A stretch of DNA of 64,000 nucleotides from Octopus sinensis (GCF_006345805.1 NC_043007.1:37386001-37450000); one strand, 5' to 3'. Shown: positions 40,661-52,639, numbered from the stretch's first letter. Made by a program: numbers and translations. Notes: generated from the sequence alone by a model not told the origin.

Positions 40661-40978
40661 TGGAATGAATCCACTCAATCACACGCCAGATTTTACCATA
40701 ACGATAAATACGCGTGTGGTTCAATTGATTACATCCGACGTTATATAATCAACTGTCCCAACTAACAGCGCGCCAAACTTTCACGGAAAACAAATACTGC
40801 ATTTAGAAATAAATGCAGCATAATTATAATTAATTAATAAGGGTGAGAGAATTAGATACTAATTTAATAGTATATCTATTCAACACCAAGTGGCCTATAA
40901 CGTCGGATGTAATCATTGAACCACACGCGTATTTATCGTTATGGTAAATCTGGCGTGTGATTGAGTGGATTTCATCCA

Positions 40979-41069
40979 GATAGTTTTGGCTGACGAGCTA
41001 CAAGTGGATTTTTTGTAAGTAAAATTACATTTAATTCATTAATAGCGAAACAATTGTCCCAAAATAATC
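40979..41069 (+). ncRNA. Type I hammerhead ribozyme motif (intact core)
   Basis: GATAGTTTTGG-CTGACGA-GCTA..(42 nt)..TAGC-GAAAC-AATT-GTC-CCAAAATAATC. Stem I is 11 bp with 1 mismatch and 1 G-U, stem II GCTA/TAGC, palindromic stem III, GUC cleavage site after 41058. Confidence 0.8.
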
Positions 41070-41338
41070 TGTATTTTTGTTTTATTTTTATTTGCCCTGT
41101 CCGTGTGAGCTAACAATCGTACTGACTTTCATGGGAAACATGTATTTTTGTGGTTGAAACCTTTTGGATTAACTGGTGCTAGAGTGAGCCATATAGTGAC
41201 CACTCTCTTATATTTATTTGTAAAAATATTATAATATATATAAAATATTATAATAATCCAGGTTTCTCGGAGCACTAGGCCACTTGGTGTTAATAGATAT
41301 ACTATTAAATTAGTATCTAATTCTCTCACCCTTATTAA

Positions 41339-41375
<37 letters not shown>

Positions 41376-41378
<3 letters not shown>

Positions 41379-42032
41379 GGTAAACAGTAAAAATAATTAC
41401 AGACATGACAAGAACATGAAAAACACACAGGAGACGACACAAGGACGGGACATTCGAAGCCCCCAGTCATCAGCCAAGAACCAGACCATCTTAGCAACCT
41501 CGGCTGATCAATCTTGAGATTGCCCCGATATGGCCAGCCGCCAAGGAAATCTAAGCCAAGCGCATTAGATCCCCTGGAAGAAAGCTCGAATGCACACAAC
41601 ACGAGGGGAAACGAACGAAGTACACACACGAACAAAATACAGAATACGTGACACCAATAAGAATACAAAAACGTAAAAACAATAACGGTAAAAATAAAAA
41701 ATAAACAACAAAACAAAACCAGGACGTAGGACAAAGGTCTTTCGACAGGACAGTTGAGTATGGGGCTGGCTTGTGAAGTTGTGCCTAATGCCGCAGGGAG
41801 ACGAACAAATACGTGTTGCTTCTCGACTGCTGAAACGAAAAGAGCGCTCAACAGCGGCTAGCGGTCACGTGAGAACAAAGACAGGAGAAAGGGACAGATG
41901 AAAAGAGAGAGAAGGTGGACGAGGGAGGAGAAGAAAGAGACAAATCGAGGGGGGCTGGAGGTGTGAGAGAGATAGAGAAACGTAGAAGGGGGGAGACGGA
42001 TGGAGAGGAGAAAGAAAGGAAGGGGAATAAGG

Positions 42033-42078
<46 letters not shown>

Positions 42079-43081
42079 CAGATTAAGAGTCGTATCAATG
42101 CTAGAGGAAAAATATACTTATCGTATAAGGACAATTGTGGATACGTAGCCGCCGATTATATAGGTAAACAGTAAAAATAATTACAGACATGGACAAGAAC
42201 ATGAAACACCACAGAGACGACACAAGGACGGGACATTCGAAGCCCCCAGTCATCAGCCAAGAACCAGACCATCTTAGCAACCTCGGCTGATCAATCTTGA
42301 GATTGCCCCGATATGGCCAGCCCGCCAAGGGAAATCTAAGCCAAGCGCATTAGATCCCCTGGAAGAAAGCCTCGAATGCACACAACACGAGGACGGAAAA
42401 CGAACGAAGTACACACACGAACAAAAATACAGAATACGTGACACCAATAAGAATACAAAAACGTAAAAACAATAACGGTAAAAATAAAAAATAAACAACA
42501 AAACAAAACCAGGACGTAGGACAAAGGTCTTTCGACAGGACGAGTTGAGTATGGGGCTGGCTTGTGAAGTTGTGCTAATGCCGCAGGGAGGTCATCTGTC
42601 CCTTTCTCCTGTCTTTTGTTCTCACGTGACAGCTAGCCGCTGTTGAGCGCTCTTTTCGTTTTCAGCAGCCTCAGAAGCAACACGGATTGTTCGTCTCCCC
42701 GTGCCTTAGGCACAACTTCACAAGCCAGCCCCTACTCAAATCGTCCTGTCGAAAGACCTTGTCCTACGTCCTGGTTTTGTTTTGTTGTTATTTTTTTATT
42801 TTTACCGTTATTGTTTTTACGTTTTTGTATTCTTATTGGTGTCACGTATTCTGTATTTTTGTTTGTGTACTTCGAATCGTTTTCCGTCCTTTCGTTGTAT
42901 ACATTCGAAGCTTGGGGCTGGCCATATCGGAGCAATCTCAAGATTAATCAGCCGAAAATTGCTAAGATGATCTGGTTCTTGACTGATGACTGAGGGCTTC
43001 GAATGTCCCGTCCTGTGGTTCTTGTGTCGTCTCTGTGGTGTTTCATGTTCTTGTCCATGTCTGTATTTATTTTACTGTTTA

Positions 43082-43087
<6 letters not shown>
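41376..43087. repeat. Partial tandem plus inverted repeat unit (~780-bp period), flanked by (TA)n
   Basis: Copies at 41376-41905 (-), 42158-42590 (-) and 42591-43087 (+) share ...GGCCATATCGGGGCAATCTCAAGATTGATCAGCC... and the same terminus tactgtttacctata. Confidence 0.9.
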
Positions 43088-43124
<37 letters not shown>

Positions 43125-43163
43125 TGTGTGTGTGTGTGTGTATAATATTTTAATATTGGGGGG

Positions 43164-43197
<34 letters not shown>

Positions 43198-44181
43198 CAG
43201 ACAGACATACAGACAGACAGACAGATAGAGAGATGGATCCTTTTACATGATTGAGATGTATATTTTGTATGGAAGTATATCTGTGCATGTCTCATAAACG
43301 CCGCATTTAAAAATCCTTTAGTCTAGTCAGTGTATATCTTCAGATTTTAGGGTCTACATTTCCGAGAAGTAGCTTGCAAGTAGGGAAATAAGGCCTAACT
43401 TGAAGGTGCTGGCCGATATCTTGCCTGTTCCAAATTGCGTTTCTGAATCTACCAAATTCTGTGGTTGTTAATGAGACCTCATCATCAAATCAAGTCAACT
43501 AATTTATTCACTAGTTAATACCAAGTTCATCCATCCATCCACCAATATGTTCCATCCATTATTTCTAGAAGGATCGTTGGGAAGAGTGATGAGGTACCTT
43601 CTCCATAAGCTCCTATCAGAAGCAACCTTCATTAGACTTGGATGAATTCCCAAGCGTGACCATCTCATTCGCGGTGGTCCACTCCTTAGTCCCCTGTCGG
43701 TTGGTTTAGCTTGAAGGACCCGTGTTGCAACTCTTTGTTGTAGCAGTCAAATCACATGTCCGTAGTATTAAAGCCTTGACCCCTAAGTGCAGAGAAGTAG
43801 CGGCTTGACCTAAAGAGACTCCCTGTCCTCCTATTTCTTTATTACTCACAAGGGGTTAAACATAGAGGGGACAAACAAGGACATACATAGGTATTAAGTC
43901 GATTACATCGACCCCAGTGCGTAACTGGTACTTAATTTATCGACCCCGAAAGGATGAAAGCCAAAGTTGACCTCGGCGGAATTTGAACTCAGAACGTAAC
44001 GGCAGACGAAATACGGCTACGCATTTCGCCCGGCATGCTAACGTGTCTGCCAGCTCGCCGCCTTCTGTCAGCTCGCCAGCTCGCCGCCTTCTATCCTCCA
44101 ATCTCCGAACCCTGTCAAGTAATGTTACTCCAGAGACTCTTTGGCGGAACACCATTTGAGACGCTTGTATTCGTTATGAAA

Positions 44182-44566
44182 GTGGAGGCGCAATGGCCCA
44201 GTGGTTAGGGCAGCGGACTCGCGGTCATAGGATCGCGATTTCGATTCCCAGACCGGGCGTTGGGAGTGTTTATTGAGCGAAAACACCTAAAGCTCCACGA
44301 GGCTCCGGCAGGGATGGTGGTGATCCCTGCTGTACTCTTTCACCACAACTTTCTCTCACTCTTACTTCCTGTTTCTGTTGTACCTGTATTTCAAAGGGCC
44401 GGCCTTGTCACTCTCTGTGTCACGCTGAATATCCCCGAGAACTACGTTAAGGGTACACGTGTCTGTGGAGTGCTCAGCCACTTACACGTTAATTTCACGA
44501 GCAGGCTGTTCAGTTGATTCGGATCAACCGGAACCCTCGTCGTCGTAAGCGACGGAGTGCTTCCAC
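44182..44566 (+). mobile_element. SINE family C with 13-bp TSD
   Basis: ATTCGTTATGAAA at 44169-44181 and 44567-44579. Nearly identical to 36435-36820. Confidence 0.9.
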
Positions 44567-44768
44567 ATTCGTTATGAAAAATAAATTTCTCTAAAAATTT
44601 TCGTAGTTGCTATAGCGGAGATAAGAGAAAGCTGACCCTTTATTCCCAAAGCGGCAAGGAACAGTATTTTCTTCTCGCAGGAGAAAACCACTGTAAAACT
44701 CACTATCTGCTTTTAAGTGAAGCCCACTATAATTACTCGGAGTAGATACTTAAAAATTTACGATATAC

Positions 44769-44835
44769 CTTTAAAATTTATCATTTTCAAGTTATTGATT
44801 ATTTCATAAAATGCATTATTTTCCAAGTGGCTACT
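44769..44835 (-). CDS. Alpha-CA-related protein exon
   Basis: ttttcag|AGTAGC...TTTAAAG|gtatat, 67 nt, phase 0-1 fits both neighbours. SSHLENNAFYEIINNLKMINFK matches the CA N..l..i...l..i.y.g segment. Confidence 0.85.
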
Positions 44836-45103
44836 CTGAAAATTAGAAAAAAAAAAAAAATGAAAAGAAAAAATTGAAAAAAAACAACAAAACAACTAAA
44901 AGTACAATGAAAAGTATGAAACTGATATGAAGTAAAGCTTTATTGTATTTGGATCTTGTGGCAAAAGTAACTTAAAGAGAGCACTACCAGTAGCTTTTAT
45001 TTATGATGCTGACCTGGGGCAATCCGTTCGGCCTTTTGTTCAACCAACCAGTCAACTATCCATCCGTCCATCCATCCATCTACCCATGCACCCATTCATC
45101 TAC

Positions 45104-45137
<34 letters not shown>

Positions 45138-45189
45138 TGTATGTATGTATGTATGTATATTTATATATATATATATATATATAGATAAA

Positions 45190-45400
45190 AATTCTCCAAA
45201 ACAGAAAAATAGCTTTTAGCCAACACATAGATACTTGCGCCACAAAAAACAAAACACCAAACTTCAGAATTTTCCCCCCCCTCTACCCATTTAGGGACGA
45301 TACAACCTCGAGACAACGAATAAGTAAAGAAAATCTCTTTATTACAAAATACAAGGTCTACGACAAACAATTAATATACCTCAACTTTAGAATAAAAGAA
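45190..45400 (+). mobile_element. Penelope-like GIY-YIG C-terminal fragment
   Basis: SQHIDTCA...PNFRIF...RQRISKENLFITKY. A degenerate hammerhead-like motif follows at 46141-46186. Confidence 0.55.
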
Positions 45401-46585
45401 AAAAATATATATACACACACAATATTACACTCCATAGAATCCATTACTAATCAGCCCCTTCATAGCTATACTTACACACCCCCATTCATTTCCCCCTTCT
45501 CTGTTTTTTTTTCTTCTTCTTCTTTCCCTCTTCTTCTTCATCATCATCATTATCATCATCATCGTCGTCCATCATCATCACCACCATCATCACCACCATC
45601 TTCTCCTTCTCCTTCCTTCTTCTCTTCTTCTTCTTCTCTCCTCATCTTTCTCTATCATCATCATCGTCGTCATAATCATCACCACCCACCACCCACCATC
45701 TCGTCATCTTCATCCTTCTCCTTCTCTTCTTCTTCTTCTTCTTCTTCTTCTTCTTCTTCTTCTTCTTCTTCTTCTTCTTCTTCTACTTCTCCCACCCCCT
45801 ACCCCTTAACTTTGTCACTAATGTTTTTTAGTATAACACCTACGCTAATTCTATAAACAAGCCTGTCAATATAAATATTCTCCTGAATTGAACTGAGACT
45901 GCCAGCCGCCACTGACCATTCAAAATACGACCATCAGGGCACTCCCAGATTCTCCCATCCCCCTTTCCCCACCAGCCTTTTCCTCTACTACCCTTCCAAG
46001 AACTCACAACGACCTCCGACACACAAGTGCAAACAAGGGAGTCAGAGAAAGGCAGAATGCCACTTAAATCTGAACACTACTATAGAAATATTCTTTTAAA
46101 AAACTTTTCTTCTAATTTTCTAAATTTAATTATTTAATCGTTACAGTTGAAAGGTCTCAAAATGACCGAAAACCGGTACTGAAATGTTCACTATAAATTA
46201 TTTAGCATTTTCTATTTTTGACTTGTTTTTTCATATATATCAACTCGTTGTTCCTTTTCACCCTTATACATATATATATAATATATATATATAATTAGAG
46301 AAAGTCTTGCACGAACGTACGTAGTCTATTTACTAATTATATATGGCTTATTTATTATTATGTACTTTTTGTGATCTAGATAAATGTTTTATCATATATT
46401 TTATTTTTTCTATATGGTCTGATTTACGTCTATCATTGTTTGAATTACATAATAGTGATTTTTCTCTAATCTATACATATTATATATTTATATTATAAAA
46501 TTTGATTTAATATCAAATTGATTTTTTCTCTGTAAGTTTGGACTTATACTCCCTAATATTATCATCATCATCATTATTATTACTA

Positions 46586-46665
<80 letters not shown>

Positions 46666-47825
46666 TTAAAGAAAGTTAGAGGTTAATGTCTAAAAGTTGA
46701 TGAACCACCTATTGATCCCCCCCATTTTCTTATTGCTCTCTCTCTCTCTTCTCTCTCTCTCCCTCTTTCTCTTGTTTTCCCTCTGACTAGGTAATCAAGT
46801 ATCTCCTTTACATCAGCACACTTCTTTCTGACGTCTTTCTTGTACCTCTCTCTCTCACTGAGTAACCATGTATCTCCTCTATAGCAAGACACCCATTTCT
46901 ACCTCTCTATTTCTTATTTCTTTACTGCCCACAATGGGTCACACACAGAGGAGACAAACAAGGACAGACAAACGGATTAAGTCGATTATATCGACCCAGT
47001 GCGCAACTGGTACTTATTTAATCGACCCCGAAAGAATGAAAGGCAAAGTCGACCTCGGCGGAATTTGAACTCAGAACGTAACAGCACGAAATACCTATTT
47101 CTTTACTACCCACAAGGGGCTAAACACAGAGGGGACAAACAAGGAGAGACAAACGGATTAATTCGATTATATCAACTCCAGTGCGTAACTGGTACTTATT
47201 TAATCGACCCCGAAAGGATGAAAGGCAAAGTCGACGTCGGCGGAATTTGAACTCAGAACGTAACGGCAGACGAAATACGGCTACGCATTTCGCCCGGCAT
47301 GCTAACGCTTCTGCCAGCTCGCCGCCTTTTTTTTTTCCTACCTCTCTATTTCTGTTACACTCTAACCTTTCATCATCTAACGCCAGATCACTTTTAATGT
47401 CACCTTTGTTGTGGCAAGACACCTGCTTCTGTCTCTTTGTCACACTCTAACTTTCATCCTCTGACACAATTGCCCCTGCCCTTCTCATTATGCATCGCCT
47501 TGCGAGTTACTTGGTTACCCTGCCAATACTAGTGCCAGGTTAAAAGCATCCACTCCACACTGTAACTTGGTTGGCGTTTGAAAAGGCATCCAGCTGTAAA
47601 GATCACGCTAAAACTAACCTCGCCCGTGCTAGTGCTATGTAAAAAGCACAGAGTCTACTCTGCAGAGTGGTTCATGTTCAGAAGGGCATCCAGTCGTAAA
47701 ATCCACGCTAAAACAGACACATTAGTCTAGGATAGTTTTTTTTTCTGCCTGGTTGGCTCCTGTAAACCGTCCTACCCACGCATGGATGGAAGATGGACGT
47801 TAAACGATGATGATGATGATTTATT

Positions 47826-47929
<104 letters not shown>

Positions 47930-47947
47930 CATTATTATTATTATTAT

Positions 47948-48254
47948 TCTATGTTTGACTTTTGCTTTATGTCTGTACAAGTTGGCTCCAAGTCTCACCC
48001 AGAGACCTCAAGAGACAACAGGTTGGAAGTTCTGTGCCATATATTTGGGGTTTTTTTTTTTTGGTGTTGTACTAGTGAATGTCTAATACATAAAAAAAAA
48101 ATTTTTTTTTAAATAATAAATATAAAAATAAAAAAAAGTTTGTTTTAAACATTGGGATTACATAGAGAGTATTTTGCGTAGGGTATGAGCAGTTCCCATG
48201 AGCACTATCTTTTGAATTTCTGCCATTTTGGGGTTTCCTGGTATCTGAGTTAGG
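47948..48254 (-). mobile_element. R4/Dong-like RLE LINE 3' end inside (TAA)n
   Basis: IPGNPKMAEIQKIVLMGTAHTLRKILSM* (48158-48247) resembles the RLE-LINE QK..l.GT..ILR..L C-terminus. (TAA)n on both sides. Confidence 0.65.
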
Positions 48255-48658
48255 TATTATTATTATTACTATTATTATTATTATTATTATTATTATCGTT
48301 TTAGAAATATCAGATTAATACTCATCTTATGAAAGATACGAAGATATTCCATCTGGCTTATGTTAGTCTGTTTGAAGTTATATTTCAGATCATTTTTAAT
48401 TTTTAGAGAAAATTTTCAAAATAATGAGACTGTATCATGAACTTATTCTTAATTTTTTTAATATGTATAAATATAAACACACACATAGAGGTATGTGTGT
48501 TTGTGTGTATGTATGTGTGTGTATATATTTGTGTATGTATGTATGTATGTATGTATGTATGTATGTATGTATGTATGTATGTATGTATGTGTACATGAGT
48601 ATGTATGTGTGTGGAGTGAGAGAATAGTGAAGAGAGGGTGGTGGGAGAGGGGGAGAGT

Positions 48659-48719
<61 letters not shown>

Positions 48720-48741
48720 TGCAAAAAGAAAGGATTCTTAC

Positions 48742-48834
48742 CTCGATGAAGTAAGCAAGTACTACCGGTCTGTAGTCTTTTTTCAAGGCCAATCGAGAAG
48801 AAGAAAATTTAGAAGAATAATGGTAAATTTGAAC
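48742..48834 (-). CDS. Alpha-CA-related protein exon (third zinc-ligand strand)
   Basis: ttttag|GTTCAA...ATCGAG|gtaaga, 93 nt, phase 0-0. VQIYHYSSKFSSSRLALKKDYRPVVLAYFIE aligns with the CA (E)LHxVHxN..Y.s..eA.....AVlg.f.e segment. Confidence 0.88.
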
Positions 48835-49163
48835 CTAAAAGCAGACGGAATGATGGCCAAATAAGGAGGAATTCAGTTAGTGAGTTAATGGTTACAATTT
48901 TTTCTTCTTAAATAGAATCAGCTGTGGACACATTGGAGGGATTTCGCATTTAAGTCGTGTTGGTATCATCGGAATCATCTTCTTTGCACACTTCATCCTG
49001 AGACAATCGTGCTGTTGGAGGGGCAGAGCCCTTAAGCTCGTCTTCCATCAGGTCCTGTCAGAGACAACCGTCCCTAAATGATCAGATTGTATCCGCAAGT
49101 AAAGACTAGCTGAGCTTCTGCCCGTAAAACCAGCCAGGTGTTCCTTTCTCGAGACATTCTTAT

Positions 49164-49391
49164 TTCTTTATTGCCCACAAGGGGCTAAACATAGAAGGGA
49201 CAAACAAGGACAGACAAAGGGGTTTAGTCAATTAGATCGACCCAAGTACGTAACTGGTACTTTATTTATCGACCCCGAAAGGATGAAAGGCAAAGTCGAC
49301 CTCGGCGAAATTTGAACTCAGAACATAACGGCAGACGAAATACTGCTACGCATTTTGCCCGACGTGCTAACGTTTCTGCCAGCTCGCCGCC
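49164..49391 (-). mobile_element. SINE family B with 19-bp TSD
   Basis: TTTCTCGAGACATTCTTAT at 49145-49163 and 49392-49410. Confidence 0.9.
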
Positions 49392-49630
49392 TTTCTCGAG
49401 ACATTCTTATCAGGGAAAGAAGCTTGCTTCCCAATCACATGGTTCCGGGTTCGGTCCCACTGCGTGGCATCTTGGCTTAGTGCTTTCTAATATTGCCTCG
49501 GAATGACCAAAGCCTTGTGAGTGGATTTGGTTGACGGAATCTGAAAGAAGCCCGTCGTATATATATATATATATATTATATGTGTGTGTGTGTGTGTGTG
49601 TGTGGTGGTGTGTGTGTGTTGGTGTGTTGT

Positions 49631-49669
<39 letters not shown>

Positions 49670-49989
49670 CGCGCGTGTGTATTTGTGTGTGTGTATCTGT
49701 TATCTTTTATCCTTTACCTGTTTCAGTCATCAGACTGCTGCCATGCTGGGGCACCCCCTTGAATTTTTAGTCGAATGAATCCACCCAGTACTTATTTTTT
49801 AAACGTGGTGCTTATTCTAACGGTCTCTTTTACCGAACCACTTAGTTACAGGGACGTAAACACACCAGTATCGGCTGTCAAATTGGTGATGGGAGTACAA
49901 ACACACAACATACATACACACACACACATACATACATACTACCTACATACATACATACTACATACATACCTACATACTGCATACATACA

Positions 49990-50050
<61 letters not shown>

Positions 50051-50150
50051 NNNNNNNNNNNNNNNNNNNNNNNNNNNNNNNNNNNNNNNNNNNNNNNNNN
50101 NNNNNNNNNNNNNNNNNNNNNNNNNNNNNNNNNNNNNNNNNNNNNNNNNN
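50051..50150. other. Assembly gap (100 N)
   Basis: Run of 100 N between a TA microsatellite and a LINE fragment. True size unknown. Confidence 1.
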
Positions 50151-50218
50151 GAGCGGTGCCATCCACCCTTACCATTTTCGCCATTTACATCCACTTTTCG
50201 AGAAATTCACTCAAGGAC

Positions 50219-50259
<41 letters not shown>

Positions 50260-52389
50260 CGAACACCTTCCATTTTAAGAGAAATCTTGAAAAGTCGATG
50301 AGGGATCTTCCAAAGAGGAATGTCCTGTCCTCATACGTTTCAACTTCGCTCACCAAACATCTTGCACCACAACCACTAGACAAAGGAAAAAAAGCTTTCC
50401 TTGCCCAGTTAAAAGAGAACGGCTGAGCGATCATCACAATGAACTCAGCCGATAGACGAGTCCGTCACACACGCGACGGCAGCTGTTCGGCGTAATTCCA
50501 CAACTCAGTCATGCCAAAACACTGAACGAGTTCATTAGAACGGTTTCGTTGCTCTGCGTGCATCTCGGCGAAGCCCATCAGTGCCTTTAGAGTATATCAT
50601 CAACAGGTAGCGCCTCTCTATAACATTGCCAGGCTAAGATTTCTGGAAATTATCCTTGGTAGTCACCAACCGGAAAGTCCACCTGAACGAAGTAGCCAGT
50701 TCGTTTTCGTCGAAGACAAGGCCTCTTCGAGGACGTCGCCACTCTTTCCCGCTACTAATACATTAATGCATTATGGATTGCTAGGTCGAATATCCATCAA
50801 TCCTGTTGTACGGCCTGGTAGAAGGTGGTGAGCGCCCGACGACATTCTGTGTGCTAGGTGCCCAATCTCAGTTTTTGCTTCACCCAGAACTGCACCTCTG
50901 TCAAGGAGGTGTGTTACGGAAAGATGTGCCCCACTAACGGTGCCCATACACGTTCACCAGCTCCGAATCATTGCAGGCTGCGCAGCCTCAGTGCATCACT
51001 GCGCATCAGTACCTATAACATGAGAAAGCCGCCACGCAGATGGTGTTGCCAGCAGAGGAGTCACCTGACCTGTAGAATGCGTCCCTTCCACAAGAAAGCG
51101 AATGACAGACGCTCCAGTCTAATCAGGCGGTAGCGAGGGCAACGCACGATAGTGATGCGATAAATAATAGAGGCGATGTATGCATTCATCACCTATGCTC
51201 GTCCTTTCAAAGTCAGTTGTCTACCCATTTCTCGGTAAGACTGGTCACTGTTTTTCATCTCATCCCAATTCTTATCCACCTGGAGGTCTTGGTAGAATAA
51301 AACTCCTGGAATTCTCCTGTAGAGTTGCCAAGCGATCGCCAAACAAATCTGGCATGAACACATAGCATACACAGGGCAGACCATCCTAACCGGGAGATTT
51401 ACGACTTGTGCAATCGCTCATCACTTTCCCTACTTCAGTGGTAGGCCGTCCATGTACGAGCTAAAGCCCGTTACAAGTAAATACTCGAGAGCGTAACTGT
51501 TGGTCATTTTGTTTTTCAAGTACTTGTTTTTGTTATCGTGTTTTTTATTATTTGTAGTTTTGAAAGTGTTTGTAAAATTCGGGTTTCTTGTGATGGTGTT
51601 GATGTCTTTTTAATTTGATTTTGTGACGGATTTTATATATTACCGTTGTGTCTTATGGCCTTTAATTTGGACCGGCCTCTATTTACTTCAGTTTTAGACT
51701 TTCTCTTATTCCTGACAAAGGCTTTTTGGTGTGACTTCAACGTGATCTTCGCTTTTGTGAGACCAGAGTCGGAGGAAAGAGGTAGATGTGAGCTAGTGTT
51801 TACACCTTGAGAAGTTGGTAGTAACGGCGGAGAGCTTCGTGCTTTCTCCACTGCGGGGCAAAAGAGTTTGAGGTTGTTCGTATTCCCACATACAAAACAC
51901 TTCGGTTTTTTCCATTCTATATAAACGGGTATCTGTTCGCATTCCCTGACACAGGAAAAAAATCGGGAATGCGATTTATTCCCTCTGGAGAAACTAGTAT
52001 CTAGAATTTCATAAGAATTTCAGTCTTGTTGAGTTGTGGGGGTGTTCTTCACCCCCACAGTCTCTCCACGTTCCTCCAGAATGACCAAACTCACGCCAAA
52101 TCACAATGCACCAACACCTTCTTGACTCAAATTCGAATCAACCTTTTACCTATATAACGGGGAATCATAATAAAGACATGGGAAGTAGTAGTAACCATTC
52201 TTGTTCACTGCTGCATATAGCAGCTACCGTCCCGCATGGTTTACCTTTATACATGTGTAGCATTGAGGGCCACACATCTTGGAGACATTTTTCTGTGTCA
52301 GCCTGAATAAGGAATTTAAGTTTCCTCTCACTGTGAGAAACGCACTTATAGACAATGGTCTGTCTTTCGGAGACACTAAGGCACATAAA
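50151..52389 (-). mobile_element. Tx1/L1-clade LINE, decayed and apparently internally deleted
   Basis: ORF1 knuckle IPVYIEWKKPKCFVCGNTNNLKLFCP (~51850-51930). Post-RT ORF2 NWDEM...LTLKGRA.VMNAYIASII...FLWKG...GGF (~51000-51310). zf-RVT-like LAWQCYREALPV...ELWNYAEQL (~50450-50640). Confidence 0.85.
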
Positions 52390-52403
52390 ATCTAGTTTCA
52401 AAA

Positions 52404-52639
52404 AGGCGGCGAGCTGGCAGACACGTTAGCGCGCTGGGCGGAATGCTTAGCGGTATTTCGTCTGTCGTTACGTTCTGAGTTCAAATTCCGCCGAGGTCGA
52501 CTTTGCCTTTCATCCTTTCGGGGTCGATAAATAAAAGTACCAGTTTCGCACTGGGGTCGATGTAATCGACTTAATCCGTTTGTCTGTCCTTGTTTGTCTT
52601 CTCTATGTTTAGCCCCTTGTGGGCAATATAGAAATAAAT
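52404..52639 (+). mobile_element. SINE family B with 14-bp TSD
   Basis: ATCTAGTTTCAAAA at 52390-52403 and 52640-52653. Confidence 0.9.

Larger units (their letters stand above)
40424..41219. repeat. Long inverted repeat, ~320-bp arms (40424-40745 / 40896-41219)
   Basis: Arms are near-identical reverse complements with a few indels and a ~150-bp spacer. The left arm abuts a (TA)n run. Confidence 0.93.

Noticed and set aside
42995-43035. CTGATGA...GAATGTC in the 780-bp repeat as a hammerhead
   Set aside because: GAAA is incomplete and there is no convincing stem II or III.
44591-44706. Phase-1 open segment just after the 44769 donor
   Set aside because: No CA motif and it ends in a stop. The real next exon (35764-35921) fits the phase and family motif.
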